DNA from: Nitrospinota bacterium
Lineage (GTDB): Bacteria; UBA8248
DNA: 12,376 bases
NCBI GenBank assembly: GCA_036231405.1
Contig: JAZAHK010000047.1
Span: 1 to 12,376 of the forward strand
Direction: 5' to 3'
The first letter of the stretch is position 1, and every line of letters starts with the position of its first letter. This document shows, piece after piece, positions 1 through 5,913 of the stretch. The position numbers and the translations under genes are program-made. The notes under the pieces are model-generated. The model was not told the DNA's origin. It was given only the letters and a program-made list of their open reading frames with translations, and made no database searches.

Positions 1-153
1 GTTATGACAATCGTTCTTTTTGTAATTCACACTTCTTTTTGGGAAGATATGGGATTTTTGTTGCATAAAATTTTATTTCTTTCTTTCGAAATAACAATTT
101 CCGCTATTTTATATTTCATTTTAATTTTCTTTCTGAAAATTAAATCAGAATAG
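1..153 (+). CDS. 3' end of an integral membrane protein gene (partial), possibly lipid II flippase MurJ/MviN
   Basis: Frame 1 is open from base 1 to TAG at 151-153: VMTIVLFVIHTSFWEDMGFLLHKILFLSFEITISAILYFILIFFLKIKSE*. The hydrophobic helices end in 'I..SAILYF.L.FFLKIK.E', which resembles the last transmembrane helix of MurJ. Only 50 residues are visible, so the family call is weak. Confidence 0.5.
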   Translation, partial: VMTIVLFVIHTSFWEDMGFLLHKILFLSFEITISAILYFILIFFLKIKSE

Positions 154-178
154 AGTTTTTTAAAAGGTTTGTTAATTT

Positions 179-1108
179 ATGAAATTATCTTCCAGAAATC
201 TCTCTTTAATAAATGATTTTAGAGATTACTTGTACCTAGAAAGAAAGCTATCAGACAATACTATTCAGAGTTATTTGACAGACATTATCTCATTTGTATT
301 TTTCCTAGATGACAAGAAAACTAAATTGGACAATATCTCTAATCAAATCCTTACGGACTGGTTAACATTCCTTCGAAATTCAGGAAATTCAGATTCAACT
401 GTAAGAAGAAAAATATCTAGCGTGAAATCATTTTCAAAATTTTTATTGAAAGAAAAAATAGTAAAGAAAAATTTTACATCCGATCTAATCTCTTCAAAAG
501 TTTGGTCGAAAGTACCTAGAGTCCTAAATGATTCAGAAGTTTTGTCGTTAATTTTTGCACCGAAAAATCATAACCTTAAACGTGGTGCAATGAAGTACGA
601 AGATGAGAGAGACAGTTGTATTTTTGAATTTATGTATAGTACAGGTCTAAGAGCATCTGAGCTTGTATCAATGAAAATGCAACAATTAAATTTGAAAGAC
701 AACTACTGTATTTTTGAAGGAAAAGGTGAGAAAACCAGATTAGTCCCTATAGGTGATTTCGCTAGAGAAAGTTTAATTAAATATATTGAAAACATAAGGC
801 CTTTATTGTTAAAAAAAAAGAATAATCAAACTGATTATCTTTTTGTTACGAGAAGAGGCAAAGGAATGACGCGTCAAAGTCTTTGGAATAGAATAAAGTT
901 CTGGTCTACGAAAGCAGGGATTTCTAAAAATGTCAGTCCTCATACTCTTCGTCATAGTTTTGCTACGCATCTTCTTAAATTTGGATCTGATTTGAGGACT
1001 GTGCAAGTTTTGCTCGGGCATACGGATATATCTACAACTGAAATTTACACTCATATAGATAATCAAGATATAAAAAAATATTTAGATTCTAACCATCCGA
1101 GAGGATAG
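179..1108 (+). CDS. xerD: Site-specific tyrosine recombinase XerD
   Basis: Full catalytic set: TGLRASEL (R), GKGEK (K), SPHTLRHSFATHLL (H-x-x-R), LLGH (H), STTEIYTH (Y). The XerD-type MTRQSLWNRIK motif, the C-terminal HPRG and the N-terminal core-binding motif (ERKLSDNTIQSY) are present. SD-like AAAAGG at 162-167. Confidence 0.93.
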   Translation: MKLSSRNLSLINDFRDYLYLERKLSDNTIQSYLTDIISFVFFLDDKKTKLDNISNQILTDWLTFLRNSGNSDSTVRRKISSVKSFSKFLLKEKIVKKNFTSDLISSKVWSKVPRVLNDSEVLSLIFAPKNHNLKRGAMKYEDERDSCIFEFMYSTGLRASELVSMKMQQLNLKDNYCIFEGKGEKTRLVPIGDFARESLIKYIENIRPLLLKKKNNQTDYLFVTRRGKGMTRQSLWNRIKFWSTKAGISKNVSPHTLRHSFATHLLKFGSDLRTVQVLLGHTDISTTEIYTHIDNQDIKKYLDSNHPRG

Positions 1109-1115
1109 CGAAATT

Positions 1116-1141
1116 ATAGCGAAAATTGAAATTTTCTCTAT
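1116..1141. repeat. Inverted repeat (12-bp arms, 1 mismatch, 2-bp spacer) abutting the -35 box; candidate operator or weak hairpin
   Basis: ATAGCGAAAATT-GA-AATTTTCTCTAT. The reverse complement of the right arm is ATAGAGAAAATT, 11/12 identical to the left arm. ATAGCGAAA also occurs 11 bp earlier (1105-1113). Confidence 0.45.
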
Positions 1142-1169
1142 TGACTCGCATATTTAGTAAGAGTAGGAT
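1141..1169 (+). promoter_or_regulatory. Putative sigma70 promoter for phoH and downstream genes
   Basis: -35 TTGACT (1141-1146), 17-bp spacer, -10 TAGGAT (1164-1169) in the 91-bp xerD-phoH gap. It is followed by a strong SD GAGGTG (1186-1191) 8 nt before the TTG start. Confidence 0.6.
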
Positions 1170-1199
1170 TTTTATTTTTTTTAGAGAGGTGTTCGAATA

Positions 1200-2156
1200 T
1201 TGGTTAGTTTGAAGTCAGAAAACTATTTCACGGAATCTCATAAATTTATGGAATTTGTGGGAACTAAAGATTCTTCGCTTAAGGCCATTGAGAATGCTTT
1301 TAATGTAAATATTAGGATTTCTTCAGATTCTTTCATTTCTGAAGGTTCTGCTGATGATGCGCAGAGATCTATATCTTTTATAGACGAAATGATTGAGGTT
1401 TTAGATGAAGGGAATATTGTTGATAGTGCAACTATAGAGAATTTTGCAAATATTTTTAAAAATAATAAAAATACGACTATTAAAGAGTTATTATTAGACA
1501 GGATTGTAATCCCAGTAAATAACAGGATTATTCATCCTAGAAATCAAATGCAGAGAAAATATATAAGAGAAATGAAAAAGAAAGATATAGTTTTTGGCAT
1601 AGGTCCAGCAGGTACTGGTAAAACTTTTCTTGCCATGGCATACGCAATCAATAGGTTTTTACAAAAATCATGCTCGAAAATTATATTAACAAGGCCAGTA
1701 GTTGAAGCAGGAGAGAATTTAGGTTTTCTTCCGGGTGACTTGCATGAAAAACTAAGTCCTTTTCTAAGACCATTGTTTGATGCTCTAAATGATATTCTCG
1801 ATATAGAAAGAGTGGCACGACTTATGGAAAGGGGAGAGATTGAAATTGCTCCATTAGCATATATGAGAGGACGCACACTAAATAATGCATTTGTTATTCT
1901 AGATGAGGCTCAAAATACTACGGCCGAGCAAATGAAAATGTTTTTAACGAGAATAGGAAATAGCACAACAGCCGTCGTAACTGGAGATATCACTCAAACT
2001 GATCTCCCTAATCATAAAAAGAGCGGCTTGATTGAAGCAGCGGATGTTTTGAACGAGATATCAGACATTGGCTTCGTAAAATTTTCTAGCGAAGATGTTG
2101 TAAGGACTGAAATAGTTCAAAAGATAGTTACTGCATATGAAAATTTTAAAAAATAA
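1200..2156 (+). CDS. phoH: PhoH-family ATPase (YbeZ/PhoH-like)
   Basis: Walker A GPAGTGKTFLA, RPVVEAGENLGFLPGD, LAYMRGRTL, Walker B ILDEAQN, GDITQTDL and DVVR motifs. TTG start with a strong SD. Typical linkage with ybeY. Confidence 0.93.
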   Translation: MVSLKSENYFTESHKFMEFVGTKDSSLKAIENAFNVNIRISSDSFISEGSADDAQRSISFIDEMIEVLDEGNIVDSATIENFANIFKNNKNTTIKELLLDRIVIPVNNRIIHPRNQMQRKYIREMKKKDIVFGIGPAGTGKTFLAMAYAINRFLQKSCSKIILTRPVVEAGENLGFLPGDLHEKLSPFLRPLFDALNDILDIERVARLMERGEIEIAPLAYMRGRTLNNAFVILDEAQNTTAEQMKMFLTRIGNSTTAVVTGDITQTDLPNHKKSGLIEAADVLNEISDIGFVKFSSEDVVRTEIVQKIVTAYENFKK

Positions 2157-2173
2157 AAGGTTTATATCGAGCC

Positions 2174-4510
2174 ATGTCTTCTCAAATGAAATTTTCTAAA
2201 AAAAATTCAAATAAAAAATCTATCAAACAGTTGATCAGACACAAACTCTCTGGATTGTCTAAAAACGCAAAGAAATTTATGTCTTCTAAAATATTCGTAT
2301 GTTTTCTAACAATTTTACTCGCCTCGATTCTTTCTTTTTTGTTAATTTTTAAATGGTCTCCATCCTCTTCAAGTTATAAAGTTGGAGATGTCGTTCGTGG
2401 TAACATCAAGGCTCCATATGACCTGGAAGTGGTAGATGAAATTGCAACTAGAAATAGGATGCAAATCAATAGAGAAAAGATTCTGCCTCGCTACGATATT
2501 GATCTTTCTTTGATTTCAGACATTTCTGCTAGAATTAAAAATGCTTTTGATACTCTTCATCAACAAATCCTTTCTTCTCAGAATACTTTTTTAAAAGAAA
2601 AAAAATTAAAGGTGGAAAATTCGATTTCTAAAGATTTCTTTGTTAATGAGGTGGTTCATTTACCTTCCTATTTAAAAGCAGAGATAATATTTGAGAAAAA
2701 TTTAGGGGGAAATTTTCCTCCTAAACTCCTTTTTTTCTTTAGGAAAAATATATTTTCATTCTCAATAGCAGAGAATATGAAGAAAATTGTTAAACAAGCA
2801 CTTCCCAGAGAGATCGTTAGTGATAGACAACTATATGTTTCGCATTTAGTTAAAGGGATATTTGTTAAAGATATTGCTACAGGTGACAGAGTCAAAATTT
2901 CTTCATCTATAAAACCGGTTGAACTTAGAGAACTAGAAAAAATTGTTCTTGTTAATGTTGAGAATATAGAAAATCAGTATCCCAAAGAATTGCATGTTTT
3001 GTTAGCAAAACAAATTGTAAAAATGGCACGTCCAACTTTATCGTTCAATAGCCGCGCAACACTTAAAGAACAAAAAAAGGTATTAAATTTAACACGCAAA
3101 ATAAAGAAAAAGATTAAAGAAGGTGAAATGATAGTCCGAGATGGAGAAAGGCTGAATGAAAATCAATTGAAAATTTTAGAAAAATTACGTGATATAAATA
3201 GAACAGACTATTCCCTAGATTATTTTTTAGGAACAATGATAATAATTTCATTGTTCTTTGTTTTATGTTGGTTTGCAGTCAAGAGGTTTAATCTTTTAAA
3301 TTATAAAGAAGTAAAGCAAGTCATTTTGTTTGTTTTGCTAGTAATCTTGAATCTGTTGATTTTGAAATTCGGGGTTGTGATTGCACGTGGTCTGCAATCT
3401 AACTTCGAAGAATTTCATATTTCTGCTTTTTATAACTTGATTCCTTTTGCATCCATACCATTGATTTCACTTTTTCTTCAAGGTCGCAGAGAAGCAATCT
3501 TTATAACTATAATCAATTCTGTGATAGTTATGTTAATTCTTCCTGGGAATATTACCTATCCCTTAATGGTCCTCGCTCCTGGCATTGTAACTGCGTCTAA
3601 TTGGAAAAATTACACGTCCAGATCGACTATATTATATGTTGCAGTCGTCGTTGGAATGTTGAATGTTACAATAAATTCAGGCATTTATTTGCAAAAAGGA
3701 TTTTATGAATTTTTGAATAACTGGGATGTTATTCTTTTTACTTTTTTCGGTGGCTTAGGGAACATTATAATTGTCTCCTTCTTAATTCCAATTTTAGAGT
3801 CTCTTTTTAAGTTAACTACCGATATGAAATTATTAGAATTGTCTGATCAAAATCACCCACTACTCAAAGACATGATCTTAAGAGCTCCTGGAACTTATCA
3901 TCATAGCATTATGGTTGCGAATCTTGCAGAAGAGGCAGCTGATAAAGTTGAAGCTAGTGCGTTATTGGTTAGAGTTGGTGCTTTTTTTCATGACATAGGG
4001 AAAACTATCAAGTCTGAATATTTTATTGAAAACCAAATGTCAGAAAATAGACATGATAAATTAACACCTAACATGAGCGCTTTGATATTAATAAGCCATG
4101 TTAAAGAAGGAATTGAACTAGCAAAAAAACACAAATTGCCAAACGAAGTTATTGACTTAATTTCTCAACATCATGGAACATCAGTCATAAGATTTTTCTA
4201 TGATAAGGCGCTTAAATTACTAGAATCAAGAGAAGTCAGAATAGAAAGTTTTTGTTATCCTGGTCCAAGACCAAAAACAAAAGAAGCGGCGATTCTCATG
4301 CTTGCTGATATGGTTGAAGCTAGTGCTAAGACTCTTGCTGAACCATCGCCAGGACAACTGTCTAGTTTAGTTTCAAGGACAATACAGACAGTTGTTCAAG
4401 ATGCACAACTTGAAGAATGTACTCTTACCCTTTCAGATTTAGGTGCTATACAGGACTCTTTTCTTAGAGTTCTTGCTGGATTTTATCAACAACGTTTAAA
4501 TTACCCATAA
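2174..4510 (+). CDS. Membrane-bound 7TM-HD phosphohydrolase (PgpH/YqfF-like; putative cyclic-di-AMP phosphodiesterase)
   Basis: N-terminal TM helix, a large extracytoplasmic domain (VGDVVRGNIKAP...IKEGEMIVRDGE), about 7 hydrophobic helices, then an HD domain with APGTYHHS, HDIGK, YFIENQ, HVKEG, QHHGT and YPGPRPKTKEAAILMLAD.VEA. It sits between phoH and ybeY, as is typical for this family. Confidence 0.88.
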   Translation: MSSQMKFSKKNSNKKSIKQLIRHKLSGLSKNAKKFMSSKIFVCFLTILLASILSFLLIFKWSPSSSSYKVGDVVRGNIKAPYDLEVVDEIATRNRMQINREKILPRYDIDLSLISDISARIKNAFDTLHQQILSSQNTFLKEKKLKVENSISKDFFVNEVVHLPSYLKAEIIFEKNLGGNFPPKLLFFFRKNIFSFSIAENMKKIVKQALPREIVSDRQLYVSHLVKGIFVKDIATGDRVKISSSIKPVELRELEKIVLVNVENIENQYPKELHVLLAKQIVKMARPTLSFNSRATLKEQKKVLNLTRKIKKKIKEGEMIVRDGERLNENQLKILEKLRDINRTDYSLDYFLGTMIIISLFFVLCWFAVKRFNLLNYKEVKQVILFVLLVILNLLILKFGVVIARGLQSNFEEFHISAFYNLIPFASIPLISLFLQGRREAIFITIINSVIVMLILPGNITYPLMVLAPGIVTASNWKNYTSRSTILYVAVVVGMLNVTINSGIYLQKGFYEFLNNWDVILFTFFGGLGNIIIVSFLIPILESLFKLTTDMKLLELSDQNHPLLKDMILRAPGTYHHSIMVANLAEEAADKVEASALLVRVGAFFHDIGKTIKSEYFIENQMSENRHDKLTPNMSALILISHVKEGIELAKKHKLPNEVIDLISQHHGTSVIRFFYDKALKLLESREVRIESFCYPGPRPKTKEAAILMLADMVEASAKTLAEPSPGQLSSLVSRTIQTVVQDAQLEECTLTLSDLGAIQDSFLRVLAGFYQQRLNYP

Positions 4511-4541
4511 AAAATCGACACTAAAAAAGGTTCAAAAATAA

Positions 4542-5003
4542 ATGGGAATAACCATATCAAACAGACAAAGACTCCTGAAAATAGACAGGAAAAGACTCCA
4601 CAGAAACGCTAGATTTTGGTTAAATTTCTTAAATTCTAATGAGAATTTGATTTCGTTAGTTTTTGTTCGTGACAATAGTATGAGAACTTTGAATTTTCAA
4701 TTTAGAGGAATAGATGAGACAACTGACGTACTTGCATTTCCGGATTTTTTTAGAGGAAACAAGTCTATAGACAATAAAACTATCGCCCATGCAATTAATG
4801 AATCTTTTATAGGTGATGTGATTATTTCTACCGATGAAGTTAAAAGATTGTTTATTGAAGAAAAAAAAAACGTACACGATCTAATAGATGAACTTTTTTT
4901 GCACGGAATTCTTCATCTTTATGAATATGGTCATCAAACAAAAAAAGAAAAAATAAAGATGAGAAAAATAGAAAAGAAATTATATAAAACTAGGCCTAAA
5001 TAG
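4542..5003 (+). CDS. ybeY: rRNA maturation factor / endoribonuclease YbeY
   Basis: LNFQFRG...TDVLAFP, IGDVIIS and the H-x3-H-x5-H metal motif HGILHLYEYGH. Length 153 aa; downstream of phoH and the HD gene. Confidence 0.88.
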   Translation: MGITISNRQRLLKIDRKRLHRNARFWLNFLNSNENLISLVFVRDNSMRTLNFQFRGIDETTDVLAFPDFFRGNKSIDNKTIAHAINESFIGDVIISTDEVKRLFIEEKKNVHDLIDELFLHGILHLYEYGHQTKKEKIKMRKIEKKLYKTRPK

Positions 5004-5026
5004 CATTTTTATAAAAGGATTTTAAT

Positions 5027-5533
5027 TTGTTCAGATTATGGGCGCCATGGAGAATGAAATATATTGAGGAAGGTAAAGACGATTCAAAAAAAGTATCCTC
5101 TAAATCTAGTGGTTGCGCATTTTGTACTATAGTTAATAAAAAAGACAGTGTGGATAATCTAATTTTAAAAAGAGGGGAATATTGTTATATTGTTCTTAAT
5201 AAATATCCATATAGCAATGGGCATTTAATGGTTGTTCCTTTTAGACATATACGAGATTTGGAAGAATTGGAACCTAAAGAATATAACGAAATATTTTCTT
5301 TCGTTCAGCATTCGGTTTCCATATTAAAAAAAAGCTTTATGGCAGACGGATTCAATATAGGGTTCAACATAGGAGAAACAGCTGGAGCAGGTATAGCAAA
5401 ACATTTGCATATGCATGTTGTACCGAGATGGAATGGAGATCATAATTTAATGTCTGTAATTTCAGAGACTAGAGTTTTACCAGAATCACTTCAAACTTCT
5501 TATTCAACTCTATCTGGACATTTCACTAGTTAG
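5027..5533 (+). CDS. HIT-family nucleotide hydrolase (bacterial Fhit-like; Ap4A hydrolase/phosphorylase type)
   Basis: LWAPWRMKYI N-terminus, CAFC, LNKYPYSNGHLMVVP, GFNIGFNIGETAGAGI and the histidine triad HLHMHVVPRWNGD. TTG start with SD AAAAGGA (5013-5019). Confidence 0.9.
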   Translation: MFRLWAPWRMKYIEEGKDDSKKVSSKSSGCAFCTIVNKKDSVDNLILKRGEYCYIVLNKYPYSNGHLMVVPFRHIRDLEELEPKEYNEIFSFVQHSVSILKKSFMADGFNIGFNIGETAGAGIAKHLHMHVVPRWNGDHNLMSVISETRVLPESLQTSYSTLSGHFTS

Positions 5534-5544
5534 GGGGACTTTAG

Positions 5545-5817
5545 ATGGGTGGATTTAGGCTAGTTCTAGGATTTGTTCTTGCAATAGCAATTGCCTTATT
5601 TGGGGTTAAAAATTTTCATCTTGTTATGGTCCAATATTATTTTGGCAAGAGTCAGTTTCCATTGTTCTTTATTTTGATCATTACTTTTTCGTTTGGATTC
5701 TTTATCTGCTGGTTTGCTAGTCTTTCAGAAAGATTTAGAACTAAACGATTAGTAAGATTTCTTGAGAGAAGAATCTCTTCTTTGGGAGGAGAGATAAGAA
5801 CTGATGAATTTAAGTGA
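5545..5817 (+). CDS. lapA: LapA-family (DUF1049/YciS-like) small inner-membrane protein
   Basis: 90 aa with two hydrophobic helices and the pattern F..KN...V.V.YYFG....PLFFILIITF.FGFFI, followed by a basic amphipathic tail (RFRTKRLVRFLERRI). SD GGGGA just upstream. Confidence 0.75.
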   Translation: MGGFRLVLGFVLAIAIALFGVKNFHLVMVQYYFGKSQFPLFFILIITFSFGFFICWFASLSERFRTKRLVRFLERRISSLGGEIRTDEFK

Positions 5818-5850
5818 AAAATAAAATTCTTCTTTTCCGCCTACTAGTGT

Positions 5851-5872
5851 CAATCAAGTGATTTCTTGATTG
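5851..5872. repeat. Perfect 8-6-8 inverted repeat in the lapA-mutS gap
   Basis: CAATCAAG-TGATTT-CTTGATTG. No clear U-tract follows, so the function (operator or hairpin) is unresolved. Confidence 0.4.
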
Positions 5873-5913
5873 TTGGAAATCATTATCTTGCTTTCTGCCA
5901 TGGGTACTAATTA

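Noticed and set aside
1-119. Short minus-strand frames (ATG at 119, 30 codons; ATG at 66, open to the window edge) as a divergent gene
   Set aside because: The + strand frame 1..153 gives a more convincing membrane-protein C-terminus and agrees with the orientation of all other genes.
179-1108. Tyrosine recombinase as the integrase of a prophage or island
   Set aside because: It carries XerD-specific motifs and is flanked by housekeeping genes. No att repeats, tRNA or cargo genes are visible.
1105-1141. Dyad next to xerD as a dif/Xer recombination site
   Set aside because: The spacer is 2 bp rather than 6, and the arms do not resemble the XerC/XerD binding halves (e.g. TTATGTTAAAT).
4861-4870. 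Poly-A tracts in ybeY and xerD (811-819) as phase-variation sites
   Set aside because: They are in-frame Lys codon runs in housekeeping genes of an AT-rich genome, and both frames are intact.
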